The notes beneath the pieces are model-generated. The model searched no databases, was not told the origin of the DNA, and worked only from the letters and a program-made list of their open reading frames with translations. A stretch of DNA of 64,000 nucleotides from Parabacteroides goldsteinii (GTDB lineage: Bacteria; Bacillota_I; Bacilli_A; RFN20; CAG-826), in the NCBI GenBank assembly GCA_963632335.1, contig CAVGUA010000109.1, forward strand, positions 21,982 to 85,981. The letters are read 5' to 3'. The translations under genes were made by a program, and so were the position numbers. Positions 15,501 through 29,500 of the stretch are shown one piece after another. Position 1 is the first letter of the stretch. Each line of letters starts with the position of its first letter.

Positions 15501-17523
15501 CAAGACCTCCAGCAAAAGAAGCGTTAAATGTTAATCCTACTGTATTTCCCTTAAGCTAACCAGCTGCAGCCTTATCAGGAAGAGACTTGAAGAAATTTAA
15601 TACCTTTTTAAAATAATTCTGCTTTTCAATAGAAGACGCATCAACTGCTGGTCTTGGTGTTAACTTTATTTGATTCATCACTGTTCTAGTGAATGCATTT
15701 GCCGATTCACCTTCTGCTGTTTTAGCATTCATTGCTGCCCTTGCTGTATTTCGCCATTGCAACTTATTAATACGCATTTCTGGCAAAAAGAAATCACCAA
15801 TTGGTGTGTTTAACAAAGCCATTTCTGCGGCAAAACGAGCGAATGTAAAAATACTAGCATCCACGTCGTCAGCACCTGCAAGTTTTAATTCTCCATACAT
15901 TGGGCTTGCCATCAATCCTGCCATGTATACTTTAGATGCTACTTCGCCAATTTTATTATAGCCTTGCATATAAGCAGCAAAATCAGCCATTCCCTGCATA
16001 TTTGCTGCTTTCTCTAAGAACTATGCATCTGCTACACTTTGCATTGTGAATTGTCCTTCCTGTTCAGTGATGCCAGCTTTTATTGCTCTTTTTTTAGCTA
16101 ATTGATTTGCTTGTGTTGTTAATAATTCTTTTCTTTTCCTGATAAGTTCTTGTTGAAATTTTATTTGTTTTCCCTCGTCAAATCCCCAATCAATACTGCT
16201 TTTTAATTTATTGCCTTTAAAAACAGCAGGAAGCCATTCAAACAATATTCGCTATTCTCTTATCTGAGCAAGTAAATCAGCACATGTTGAAAACCAACTT
16301 TCAAAACACCAAGTATGAGTTTTTGCATACTCAGTTCTAAGGGTCTGCCTATTCCATGACTAGGCAAATCCTTCTATACTATTCAATATAGGACTATCGC
16401 TCCCAGTAATCATTTTCCCTGCAATGCTAAATAATCCCCCTAACTATGTCAACAAACTTGCTCCTGTAATAACAGGTCCAATATATGGGATGAACATTGC
16501 GCCAATAAGCACTGCATTTTTTGCAACAGTACCAATCATTGATTTTTGATTAATATCATCACTATCAAATGGGTCAAATTGGTTTATCCAAGAGCCATCT
16601 GTTGTTATCGTATTGAATTTATTTAACACAACCTTACCATCAACAGAACGTCCATTTAATTCTTCATAATAAAACGTTCCATTGTCATTAGTTTTGTATT
16701 GTCCTTTTTTATAAACTATTTTATCTTCATCTTCTGTTGGATTTCCGTTTTCATCGGCATTAAATTCCCATTGAGCTAAAACACGAGTGTCAAATATATG
16801 GGCAAAAAATGATTCGTCGTTTGGCGATTCATTCCAAGTATCTGTAGCAGGGTCGTAAATTTTTTGGGTTTGTGCAATTTCTTCATCAGACAATTGCCTT
16901 GGACCCATTTGCCCAATTGTTGTTAGTGAATTATTTTGCCGATATGGATTGTAAACAACTTGAAGTTTTTTATTGTTTGGATCATCCCAATCAACTTTTT
17001 GTTCATCAGGAGCATATATATTATTGGGGTCATACACAAATTGTTGCTGCATATCATACGAATCTGCAATCTCAACAATCCCATCACGAAGTATTTTTGC
17101 ACTGTCGTAAACTTCAGAAAAAGCTTTTTCGTTAAATTCTCCGTTCTAATCAGTAAAGGCTTTTTTTACAAGATCGTTACTTAAGTAACTATCTTTTGAT
17201 TTCAGTGTTACATTATTAGCAGTATAACCAACATCCAAAAAATCCTGCATTGAGTATGTAGGGTTTGTTATGATATTTAAAAACATATCATGTGTTTTTT
17301 CAGTTGGTTTAGGATTGTCAATTGACGGACTTTGTACATTATTTAATTTTGAAAAAAGTTCATCATAATTGGTATGATCCTCAAAATCATTTTCTAAAGA
17401 ACTATTAGGTACAGACACTCCAGAGGTCTCATTTGAAACCTCTGGAGTGTTTTCCTGTACAGCTGTATTTTCAATTTCTTGTGATACTTCACTCGTATTT
17501 TCAGCCATATTTAACATTTTCAT
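6550..17523 (-). CDS. Giant 3,657-aa protein with embedded RecD/Dda-like SF1 helicase core; probable virion/ejected protein
   Basis: Fourteen fragments (6805 to 17146) share one frame and all end in TAG. All gaps were checked and hold no TAA/TGA. The first real stop is TAA 6550-6552. The ATG at 17521-17523 overlaps the upstream TAA (TAATG). Helicase motifs: GLAGTGKT (~11236-11259), VFDEV (~10920), SGDFNQ (~10840), KAQGLE (~10411). The N-terminal third has hydrophobic Gly/Ala-rich stretches. Confidence 0.8.
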
Positions 17524-19463
17524 TATTCTGGAGCTTCAACATATTCAGCTCTTTTTGGTTTTATATTTTGTTCTTTTCTGTATAATTCATTTACTAAAGA
17601 ACCTGGTATTTGAACGCCACTCGCCGTAGCGGATAATAAGAAGCTTGATTCAACAGGAATAAATATAAGGCCTTCATAAGCATCGTCTGCTCCAATCCAA
17701 CTGTCAACGTCAATCTTATATTTCTTCTTTTCGTTTTCAGAAGCATTCCTCCCTAAGATTCTAGATATTTGTTCTGCTGATGACTAATCATTGCTGCCTA
17801 ATTTCTTTAAATGCACTGTTGCATCCGCTGCATCTTCTCCGCCATCAAATGCTTCTGCCTTAGCCGCGCCTTGTATTACCGCAAAGCGTTTGTATGCATA
17901 GTCATTAACAAGACCATCCTCTCTAAGATAAACTTGCAAACCAGCACTTCTAAATGCATCATTGACTTCTTGAATCATTTGTTTTTTCTTTGATTCACTT
18001 GTCTTATCATCAACATTTAATTCATGACCCTTTAATAAACCTCTAGAACGAAGGTCATCTTTAACCGCTTCTATCTCGCCAAGAAACTCAAGATTTGGTT
18101 TAACAGCTTGTGTATTTTCATCAAGAGTGCTTGGTAAATATACTAATGAAACTTTCCCGTCAGTACTACATGCCATATCTAGATTTTTGATTCTCTATCC
18201 GCCCATGTATATACTATTAAAATCAAGTAATGCTGCAATATCGGTTTCTGTCATGTCATACAATGAACAAGCACCATAATTCTTGTCGTTCTTTGTTATA
18301 GGAGCAGTGTAAAATCTAGCTGTAAACGCATCAGATGTTCCTGCAAATATTGTTATATCACGCCTTGGAACATTTCCTGTTTCAAGAAGCATCAAAGTAC
18401 TGTTCTTTAAATCTAATAATTTATCAGATTTTGACGAACCTTTCTTGCTGTTGTCAGCAGTATCAGCTTCAAGATCAGCTTCAATATTATAATCTTGCGT
18501 AAGCCTACTTAATAACAACTATGAAACTAATTCCAATGCTTCTTTTTCAGAACCTTCTTCACACTTTGTTTTTAATAATGTTTTAGCATTTTGTGGAAGA
18601 GTTTTCCAAATATAATTAAGGGAACGCACTATTTGACCATAATTATCCTTGGTAATAAGTTTTGCCTTGTACAAACCGTCAACTGTCATTAACTCTTCAA
18701 GACCGCCAGGAACTGAATTCGGGTCTTCTTTAACCATCTGTACTGCTTTGTTATAAGCTTCCTTTAGATAATCTATTCCAATCCTATTTTGCTTGTCAAT
18801 ATATCCTTCTTGAGAAGTACTAGTGGCCCCAATATTTTTTGCGCTGTTTTCAATTAAGTCTGTCGCCTCTTTAATTCCAATGCCATTAGAAACAAACTAT
18901 AAAACTTTATCGTTAAACGCAAAATCATCATTTTCAGCCCTACTAACAAGAACGTCATTGTTAGTGACAAGACTTACTTTATCCCTATATTTTGCATATT
19001 CTTCTGGCCTCATCCAAGCCTAATTGCCTTTTGCGTCCATTACTAATACCGCACCTGAATCAGATATAACAGCTTCATACATTCCTCCTGTTTTTTCAAC
19101 TTGGTCAGCTGCTTTTTTATATGCCTCCTTAGACTATGTTGCGCTTCCCATTTGTGACAGAATAGATAAATATACCTACTATGCATGAGACTAATCAATA
19201 GTGCCATTTCCATAAGCATCAGCATAATAAAATAACTATTCAACAGATTCAAGCATTTTTCTTTTGTCATTTGGCAATCCGTCAACTTTTTCGATTAGTG
19301 TAGCAAAATCCTTGAAATTCAAACCGTCATCATCATCTTTTTCGGTCTTTTTTTCTTCTCTTTTTGCCTCTGGCTTCTGTGGCGTATAGTTATATTCAGC
19401 ATTTGTATAGGTGGTCCAAACTGGACCACCATTATCAAATATATTTATAAAACTGTTTTGCAT
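17523..19463 (-). CDS. 646-aa structural-module protein, unknown function
   Basis: Fragments 17784, 18195, 18519 and 19236 share one frame and end in TAG. Gaps were checked. TAA at 17523-17525, ATG at 19461-19463, 3 nt after the upstream TAA. Confidence 0.8.
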
Positions 19464-19466
19464 GTT

Positions 19467-22400
19467 TTAATTTTTTAAAAATCTCTAAAGATATACTAAA
19501 GCATTACTTCTTATTGAAAGTTTAGTTGCCTCTAATGCGCCTCCATTTTTATATGTTGGTTCAGTCGTCCACTTAGTATTTAAATATTTAGAGATACTTC
19601 CTGCTTGCGGTGCACCCCATGTACTAAATCCATTTGGGTTTGCTATATGTTGTAAATATGACTACAAATAATCATTTTGTTTGTTTTGATACGTTGCTGC
19701 TGCTAAAGTATACGCATTCGTAAGATCTTGCAGCTATTTTTCTTTTTTCTATTGTGCAGCCTTTATTTGAATTGTATCACCATTAGCCTTATTATATGCG
19801 TCTTGATATTCTTGTTGTATTGTTACCTTGCCTTTGGTTAAAGCAATCTAAGCTTTATTGACTGCATCTTTCAATTCTTTACCTTCCTTTGTTGTATCAA
19901 ACTGTCCAACAGCAGCCTTGAGTGCATTATCGCGATCTTCTGTGTGGTACGCATTAAGTCTTGTTATCAAGTTCTTTGCATACTAACTAATCTTATTTGT
20001 GCTTTCTTTTGTATAATTAGCATCAATCTAATTGTTATAGTTATTAATTTTTGAACGAAGCTCATTATTTTCGTCAGCAACTTTTGTCCTTTCTGCTGCG
20101 TTTTTATAAGCCGTTTGTAATGCAGCCTATTTTTGTTCTTCGTCATTGGCTGCAATTTTTAAATTAACATTATTCCTTGCTGATTCTATTTGCTAATCTG
20201 CCATAAGGTCAGCAACAAGACCTGTCGCGGCGTCCGCAGTATTGCGTTTGTAATTATATGCAGAATTTCGATAAGTCTATCCAGCGTTATTTAATGTCTA
20301 AATTAAAGCACTTGGTGTTGAAATTCTTGTTTGCATCTAAGCAGGAGCCTGCTTGGGTGTATATTCAATTTTGCTTAAATTCCTGATTTTGTTATCAGCA
20401 TTTAATTGCAAACCAAGCATTGCCGCATTCGCACCCTCAGTTGCTTGCCTTAAATAATCATACGATTTAACAGGAGGAGTAACAACATTTTGTGGTTTAG
20501 TTGCCGATGCCTTTTGTAGCATTTCCGCTAATATGTCTTGCTGATTGCTGTATTCGTCAGTCTTTAAAAGACCATTATTAACGGCACCAATATGCTATAA
20601 AACACTTTGCAGCTCATCGTTTTTCAACCCACCTTCTATTGTATCTGTTTGATTATTCCAAGAACCGATAAGCCTTTCAATGTCATCATATATCTTTTTT
20701 TGCCTTTTTGGTGTATCAAAATCATAAGTTCCATCAGTATTTTGGGTGGCAAAATCATTCCAATCATAAACATTCTTATCGTTACTTAAAGCGTCAATAA
20801 TATTCTATCTAGCATAATAAAAATCAGTTGAAGAGGCTGCGTTTTTTGCTGCGTTTATCTAATCAGTTGTAATTAGCCCAGATTCAATAGCTTTATTTAA
20901 ATAATTATTCTGTGGAACAAATTCTGAACCTTTTTGCCAATTGTCTTTTTCGTTATTGACATTTAAATCAGATTCATTTAAATAAGATGGCCCGTCAGGA
21001 TTTGAAGAATAATAGCGTCCTTTTATCCTTAATGATTTTTCATTAAAAGTAACACCAGCTTTAGTTAAATCGTCTCCTTTAAGAACTCTATCATCTTTTA
21101 TATAATTGCCATCAGAATCTTTTGTGTATATATTATAAGTATCACCGTCCTTGTATAAATGCTAATCCTCATTCAATCCTAATTCCAATCTTTGCTTGTC
21201 AGTTAATATTAATTCATCCCTATCTTGTTTGTTTAAAGTTTCTAACATTCCATTGACATATCGATAATACTGATTTGCATTGACTTGGTCGTTTTGTAAA
21301 TCGAGTGCCTTGTCATATCTGCTCCGATCGTATGTATACACTCGTTCAAGTTGATTCCCTTTTCTTTGATACCTATTACCATTTACATTCATTTCACTCC
21401 CTTCATCTCCGACGTCAACCCAATTGTACTCATATATTCCATCTTTATTTTTTTGACCAACAAGATATTTTAATTTCCCGTCATTCTAATCAAAACTCAA
21501 TTTATAAGTTTGTTGATTAGGATCATATCCAACAATTGCCTTTTTTAAATCGTCTAAATTCCAAGTAATATAATTTCCATTATTGTCAATTTTTCCAAAT
21601 TCAATGTCTGAATTTGCCCTTTGATAATTTTCAGTATATTTTCCTAAGTTATTTTTAAAGGAATGGATTATATCATAAGCTGTTTCATAATTATTAGCCT
21701 GATCGCCAAAAATTGACTAAAATTGTTTATTTCTGAATACACCAACTTTTTTAGGGTTTATAATTGTGCCATCATCAGCAGTCCAATTGCCATCAGAATT
21801 TATTCTTATTGTATTTCCTGCTTTATCAGTTATAGTAAATGTTTCAGTATCCTTGTCAAAATTTAGTTTTAACTATGACGGAAGCCCTGCTCGATAATCG
21901 TATATATTGCCATTATGATAATTGTATAAAATAGAATTTGAAAAATTCTACCATAGCGGATTAGTGCTTAAAAAATTGTTTGAATTATTTTCGTTCCCTT
22001 CCTGAATTTGCATTCCAGTTTGTCCATACCCAATCATTCGGGAAGAATATGATCGGGCTTGACTAAAAGGGGTGAGTTTGCCTCCATATTTATTAGTTGT
22101 AGTTGTACCTGTATTTGCATTTGTAGTTTGTTTTTTGTTGTTGAAATTTTCATACAACACTTTTGCCTAATCATAGCTCATGCCCGTTTGAAGTCTAAAA
22201 AACATTCTTTCAACAAAACTACTTTCTAAATTTGGTTTTTGTTTTTCAAATTCTTTTGCAGCAGAAGCATTAAACGCATATCCTTTTAAATTTTTGTCAT
22301 ATTCTAAATTATTAAACCCAATATTGAATTTATTTTTTAAATTATACCACTTTCCATTTGGGTCTTTATATGACATTCCATCTATTTGAAAATTGTTGAC

Positions 22401-24923
22401 ATCAATAGTATTATCATTTGTTTTTGTTTTTACGATGTTTGCTGCTTTTTGATTCGCTGCTGCAGTACCATTTTTTGTACCAATATCATTGATTTCTGCA
22501 ATTTCTCCCTCTGATAGCTTAACTGTTTTTGAATTACCATTAGAAGTCACGTTAACCTCCATTTCTACATTTGAATCACCTAATCTTTTATTGGCCTCAC
22601 TTCCTCGTTTTGCTCTTCCTACAGCAGCAGAGCTTATTCCAAGGGTCAAAGTAAGGGCATTTATAAGTTCAAATGCTTCTTCTTTTTTAATCTCGTCTAG
22701 TTTGCCATCACAAAGTTTTTTCCAACAACTTAATGATTTGTCTGCGTTATTAATAGTACCTCTAACAGCTTCTGCTGTTAATAAACCACCAATTAAATGT
22801 CCAACTTTTGGTAGGTACTTAGCAATTTTTCCATATTTTCCTGCTACACCTATAACTGGAATTACACCAATTAAATCTAATCCTACATTAAGTGCTGTAT
22901 TACGAAATGCATCGCCAAAAGTTAATTGATCATCTGAAAAATCAGCACCAGCATTAATAAGATCAGAAGTAACACTTGATATCGCATTAATAACCGTACC
23001 TGGCCCAACAAACATATTACTCAAAAGAGATACAACATCAGCACCGAGTGCAACAAGCCTTGCCGTATCTCTACCGTTTAAACTAGACAACAAATAATCT
23101 GCGTCATCAAACGCTGGTTCTTGTCCTGTTAAAAACTACTTCTACCCAGAAAGATTTGTTTTTGATTTGTCATACTTTTCCTATATATCACTTTTAGGCT
23201 TTTTATTGCTTTTATTTTCCAAAATCTCACTTTCTGTTAAATACACCGTTCCTCCTGCTTGCATTTTATTTATACTAGATGCAACTTCAGCCGCTGCTTT
23301 TTTTCTATCTAATTCTTCAAAATCCCATTGATATTGTTTGTCTAGTTCATACTCTGGTTCGTCATAATATGCTCTATAAAAATCATTAGATTTTGTTGGA
23401 TCGTACTATGTTAACGTGTCCATATATTTCTTCTTTAAAAGGTTTAATTTTTGTTGACTTTTATACGGGTTTTCATTAATTTTTTCTATCAAATCTTTTA
23501 TTGATGTTTTTAATATTTTTAATTTACCTGTGCCTGTATCAACAGAAAGCGCATAACACCTACCTGTTTCTGGATTAATCATTCCTTGGGCAACAAATAT
23601 TTTTTTCCCTTTACCTTCATAAATAGGCTCGATCCCATCAGAATCTGATGTACCTCCGTCTGCTTTTGATAGAAACTACCTGTAAAAATCAATTAAAAAC
23701 CAATTCATTCTAATGCGCAATTTGCTACTAGTTACGAGCGGATCGTTAATATCATATGAATTTACTTGTGCCTTATACCAGCTAAAATCTGATTTTCCAG
23801 CAGGTTTTTGCCCTGTAAAAAAATAGGTTAATTGATTATTGCCGCCTTTACTATACAACAAATAACTTGGATCCATAGTATATACAGCATCCATTATCTA
23901 TGCTCCTTGTGTCAAAAATCTTTTTGACATATCTGTCAAATATGGGTTATCATCTCTAAATGATAATAAGTCAAAATCATAATCGTCTAAAATTGTTAGA
24001 TCATTTTGTGCTGCCTTATCAAAATTCTCTTCTAACATTTTTTCATATTTATATTGATCTGCTGTTTTCTATTCATTTTTTTCTGTGTCTAAAATTTCTT
24101 TTATATTTCCATCTCCATCGATAGCAACTTGATATTTACCATCTTTTACAACTTGTTCTTTTGGAGATTCTTCAGTTTTGTTAACAGGGTCGTATTCTAC
24201 TACTTTTTCTTGCGCAATTAGTGGAAAGAAAAATGGTTTATAATCATCAATAGTTCTTTTTTCTCGTGGTTTTGTTAAGAGCTTATCAATGTCCAAAATG
24301 GTTTCATCCTTAATTTCGTCAGAAATATTAAAATCATCATGAGAAAGTTTATAGCGGAAATCTTTTAAACAACGATCCCATTCTGAATAAACAGGGCTAT
24401 AATCCAATTTTATAGTATATGTATTTTTACCTGTTATCGGGTCAACATCGTTATTTTTAGTTTTTGTTGTTTTTATATAATCTTCAATATGGGTATTACC
24501 CTTTTCGTCGCTAGGTAAATCATTCATGAATTTATTAGCAGCATAATACCTATCAAATTCTATTTTTTTAGCGTCGCCCTTTTCTGATACTATAGGTTCA
24601 TCTTGTTTTTTATTCTTTAACAAAGTATCAACTGCGTCATTTATATAATAAACAGCATATTGTGTTGGACTAACACCATTATCATAAACTGGTAATTCAC
24701 TTTTGCCAATGATACTTCCAGCGTCATTAAATGCGTATGCACCAGAGGCAAGTCCATTCATAATGTCAGAAACCTCAGAAGCCACTTCCGCTTTTTGTTT
24801 GTCCTTTAATGGCATTATGCTTGTATATTCATTGAGGTTGTTCATGACTAACCTTGTCAAATCTGTTACATCGACTTGGTCGTTGCCATAAGTATATGTA
24901 CGCCTCTCCTTTTGTTCAGCCAT
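19467..24923 (-). CDS. 1,818-aa protein with central hydrophobic Gly/Ala/Val-rich region; tape-measure/ejection-like
   Basis: Fragments 20337, 21162, 21948, 22167, 23676 and 24069 share one frame and end in TAG. All gaps were read and hold no TAA/TGA. TAA at 19467-19469, ATG at 24921-24923 with an upstream in-frame TAA. The membrane-like stretch is ...LDLIGVIPVIGVAGKYGKIAKYLPKVGHLIGGLL... Confidence 0.8.
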
Positions 24924-24954
24924 AATATATTATATTTTATATTTTTTTTGTGTG

Positions 24955-25275
24955 TTAATAACTAAAATTATTGTAGTTATTTTGTAATATAGATGTATTA
25001 TTAAAAATCTACCTATTTATATTGTTTTGCAATTTTGCGTACTATTTCGCTTTTTCAAACATCTCTACACGCTAATCCTCTTTTTGTTTAATTAAACTTT
25101 TTGCATTTAAACCACTAGTAATTCCGTTTATAATACTGCTGCCAATTTTTAAAAAATTACCACCAAATGTACTTTGATTATTCTGTTCCTTTTTTCTTGA
25201 CTAAAGTTTGTCTGATATATTATCAAACGGGTTTGTCACACTTAAATATGGTTTTTTTGAAGATAAATATTCCAT
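24955..25275 (-). CDS. 106-aa hypothetical protein
   Basis: ATG at 25273-25275, 1 nt after the upstream TAA. Four in-frame TAG, then TAA at 24955-24957. It fills what would otherwise be a 350-nt gap. Confidence 0.6.
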
Positions 25276-25276
25276 T

Positions 25277-26491
25277 TTAGATTTTAGTTTTTCTTATTAA
25301 TCCAGTGCGGTCGTCAGTGTTGTTAATAATCTAGTCAGTTAAATATTTTCCACACAAAATTGCTAATTCTTCTTTTCTTTTTTGGTCTTCAGTTTCGCAC
25401 CATTCTTTCCACCATGTTTCAACTGTTTTTGTAACTTCATAAGTTAATATTAATTCATTAACTTCTATTTCAGCCTGCTAACGGCCTTCTGAATCTACAA
25501 CTGGAATGCCTTTTTTTGTGATGTGTTCATCATCTTCCATATGATGTTTTCTTGCGTGTAAGTTTCCTTCGGGTATAACATTCATTGTTCCACCATCCTA
25601 AAACTTTTGCGGATTAACTTCAAATCTAGCGGGATTACTCCAAAATTCTTTAGTTAGCTTTCTAACTTCCGCTTCCTATGTTAACAAACCGCCAGTTTTT
25701 AAAATTTTTGATTCCCAAAATGTTTTTGAAAATTCTCTAGACTATTGTCTTGTTTTTAAAACACCTCCTAATTTTGCAGCTCTAGCAAGAACGGAATTAT
25801 AACCTAATAATTCATTTTGTGCCCTTGACGCTAACATTGAGGCCATTGATGACGCAGCATTTTGAGCGTCTCTACTATTTTGATAAATATTCTATATAGC
25901 AGAATCTTGCTTATTTACTTCATTAATAAAATTATTTACCTTTTTTCTATTTTTCTTACCGAGAATTTTTGCGCCTGCATTCTTTTCTGCAGTTAATGCA
26001 GACGAAGCCGTACCTGCATAAGCAGATGCCATTTGCTGTAGCTCATTAGAGGCTTTATAGTTGTTTGTTTTTTTAGCAAACCAACCTGAGCCTGGCAATG
26101 CCCAAGACATTATTTTTGTTTTATTGTCAAACGACTTGCCAAGTCCCATGCTTTCGGCTAAGGCATCTCCTGATGTCATTGAATTATCCCCAAAACCTCC
26201 TGATGCTTGTAGCGCAGCAATACCAGCTCCTGCGGCCATCGCATACGGATTACCGCTTGACATTAATCCCTTTGCAACATTATACCTTACATTTGCACTC
26301 TGCTCTGACGAAGAATTGACGGTATTTGCATTTGACAAGTTCTGCCCTATATTCGCTCCTGCGATACCAATAGCAGAAACTGCTGGCTTCCAATTCATCG
26401 ACTAAAAAAAACCACCAATAATAGTTTTGTTATCGTTAGAATCACCAGTACCGCCGTCTTCAAAATATTTTATTTTATGTGTTTTGAACAT
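25277..26491 (-). CDS. 404-aa Gly/Ala-rich virion-type protein, unknown function
   Basis: Track fragment 25892..26398 extends through TAGs to TAA at 25277-25279. The upstream ATG at 26489-26491 lies just past the terminator; the alternative start is 26398. Confidence 0.7.
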
Positions 26492-26510
26492 GCTAACATT
26501 AATAAAAATT

Positions 26511-26548
26511 TTAAGGAGTGTCTTTTGTTTTGAAAAGACACTCCTTAA
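26511..26548 (-). terminator. Rho-independent terminator after the 2,242-aa gene
   Basis: 16-bp perfect stem ttaaggagtgtctttt/aaaagacactccttaa with a 6-nt loop, 33 nt past the TAA at 26581. T-rich tail on the minus strand. Confidence 0.7.
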
Positions 26549-26580
26549 AATTAAGTATTTTTAATCGTTTATTAAATCCA

Positions 26581-29500
26581 TTAGACATCAAAAGTTGTTT
26601 GTATCGCTTTTAATAACACTAATTTATCCCCTGTCCAACGTAGTTTAACATCCATGTAATTATCTAATAATGGTACATTTTTCTTGCCATTATAATATGT
26701 ACCCCAAGAGGACAAGTCAAGTTGTGAAGTGTCCTTATAAAACGCATAAACATCGCTAGGGACAAATCGTTGAAGACTAGTATTATCGCCTCTTTCATTT
26801 GCGTTAATTACCTTTTCACCGATTCCATTTGTTAACAAAGATTCATTAATTTTTTTGTCGCTTAAAAATATTTTACCATCATTATTACCAACAGTAATTT
26901 TTAATGGATTAAAATCCTCTGGTACAGGTGCATTGCCAATACTGATTGGAGGGACAATGTGACTTGAATCTTTATTATACCAAGAATCAATATCCTCATT
27001 TTTCTGATAAATATTCAAGGGCTAAATCTGTATTGCCCAATAACCATTAGTAAACTATGCGTTACCTCTTGTCCTGCCAACTTCTTCAATGTCTCGTATT
27101 AACTAGTGATTGCATAATTTAAACGAATCTTCTTGCTTGTTAAACACAACTTCACCACCTGAATAATCTTGATAATTAATGTTGTTATTATGATTAACAG
27201 CTTTTTTATAAAAATCTTCAATTTCATTAAACGTGTCTTGTTTAGAATAAACCAATGGTAACATTGTAGCTTTGTAATAATTTGACTATGCAACTTTATT
27301 CCTTAAATAATTATTATCATCTGCTTTTTCAAGGAAATCACTAGCCAAAATTGGCTTTACGTTAGTCATAAAATCACTATCCTAAAATGGCGTATGATCG
27401 TATAAAATATCAGATCCATTTTGTTGATAGAAAGCCTTGGTTGCTTCTTGTCTTAAATACATGTTCCTCTTGTCTTTTGAGAAATCATATAAATCGCCAT
27501 TTATCGTCATATGTACTGATTCTGGTTTGACATTATTTGAGAATACCATTAAATTCTAAAAACGTTTTAAAGTGCCATCTTCTGCGCCAACAATAAAGTT
27601 TATTTCAAAAGGATGCTGTTTACCATACCATAAACACGGTTTTATTTTTTCAACATCATCAATTAATCCTGCTTGACCGTGCTTCCAAAAATCAGTTCTT
27701 AACTTTGGATAAACAGCAGAGAATCTTTCTGTATAAGACTTCTAATTCGTTAAATTATAGATATTTGAAACGCCATTTGCTAATGAGACAAATGCTAATA
27801 CAGTTGGCGTGTTTCCAGTGAGAATGCAAGAACCAGAAGCAAATTCAACTTCCTTTAAAGATGTGACCTCTGAAAATGTTAAACATAATTGAGTTTCAAA
27901 ATATCCAGCATTATAACTAACATATTTTTCTGAACGTTTTACGTCATAACTACCAATTGACGTTGCGTTAACATCAACCGCATTCATTTCGCATTTAATA
28001 CATAACTATATTACTGGCTTCTGAGGCTCTTCCTTTAGCATCTTATATCTAAGTTTAACAACATTGTCTTTTTCGATATATAAATAAGATGCTCCATAAT
28101 CAAAAAATCCTTCTTTATGCCCAACGCCATCTGTCTAATCGGATTCTTCAATATTTGAATTTGTAAAGAAATATTTAAAGTTTCCGAAATTATCTCTCTC
28201 TACAGAAAATTTATATTTTACCCAAACGTCTTTGCCTGTTGGAAAATATTTGTTTTGCAGATATAATGGCGTTCTGTAGCAATTTATAGATTTGTCACCT
28301 TCTTTTATTATGCATTCTTCCCATTTGTCAATTAAAACGGATTTAACACAAGTTCCACGGGCGTCCGTGTCAAATTCATCAAACTCATCAAAATAAGAGA
28401 ATGACTATGCTGTAGTGTTTGAAATTTTTGGCTATGTAACTGTATCCGCAATACTCATTCCTAAATTAGCAATCCACTTTGAAGCATTTCTATCATAACT
28501 AAAATAAATATTATGAATATTTTCAGACCAACTAGGAATCCAAGAATAGAATGTGGTAAATTTCCCCAACTATTCATTATAACATAAATTCCACGTCTTT
28601 TCCTCAAAACCTATTGTATTATCATAATAAGTAAACATTACATCGCCTTTATAAGCATTGTAATGCGTCTTAACATTTCTTACGCCAATAATAGTTTCTG
28701 TTTCACGCTCTTCAAGCGTAATGTTTTCATTTAAGAATTTTTGAACTTTAAAGTCAGAAATAAGTTTAAATCCAGATGAAGAAACTTGCCATATCTTTTT
28801 ACCAACTGTATCAACTCCATAAACGGCATTATTTGTTACACAAACGCTTTCTGGCCATTGTGTCCCAAAGTCGGTAGAATACATCTATATTTCAGACAGT
28901 ACACTTGCAACCCCAAGTTTTAACTATAAATCTTTCTCGTTACTACTATTAAATAGAGCTTGCTAGTTTACGGCTATTCTTCCAATACCGTGCTCAAATA
29001 CAGCTATTAACTAATTACCAAATTCTACAAGTCTCATCAAACCACCATATTGTAATGGATAATCCTTATAAGCTGTAGACTAAAATTCTCTAAAACCATT
29101 CCTAAAAGCATCAGTTGATGCTTGTACTGAATAGGCAATTCTAGTCTAAAAATTATTTTTTAAATACGGAACATTTGTATTTGTAAAATATGTTTTTTGT
29201 CCCGTTGAAGAACTGAAGCCTTGATTGTAGCATTGAGATTCTGGTACTTTATGATTGCCAGCAACTGAAATTTCTTGGAATGGATAAAAACCACGAGGAA
29301 TCCCACAAGCTGCATATTCAGTAGAATAAGTTGAATCAATATCACGATAACAAAGATTCATTGAACTTCTAATCGGGAACGTTATCCAGAGACCTAATTT
29401 TACCGCATTTATATCTCCTCTATTAACATCTGCATGATCAGACGTTCCTTTCCAATTGTTTTTCCAAGTGTTTTTATCAACTATAATATCATTATATTGC

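Noticed and set aside
24924-25276. An apparent 350-nt intergenic gap, examined for a suppressor tRNA or promoter.
   Set aside because: It is filled by a 106-aa TAG-containing ORF (24955..25275). I saw no cloverleaf-like sequence here or anywhere else in the window.
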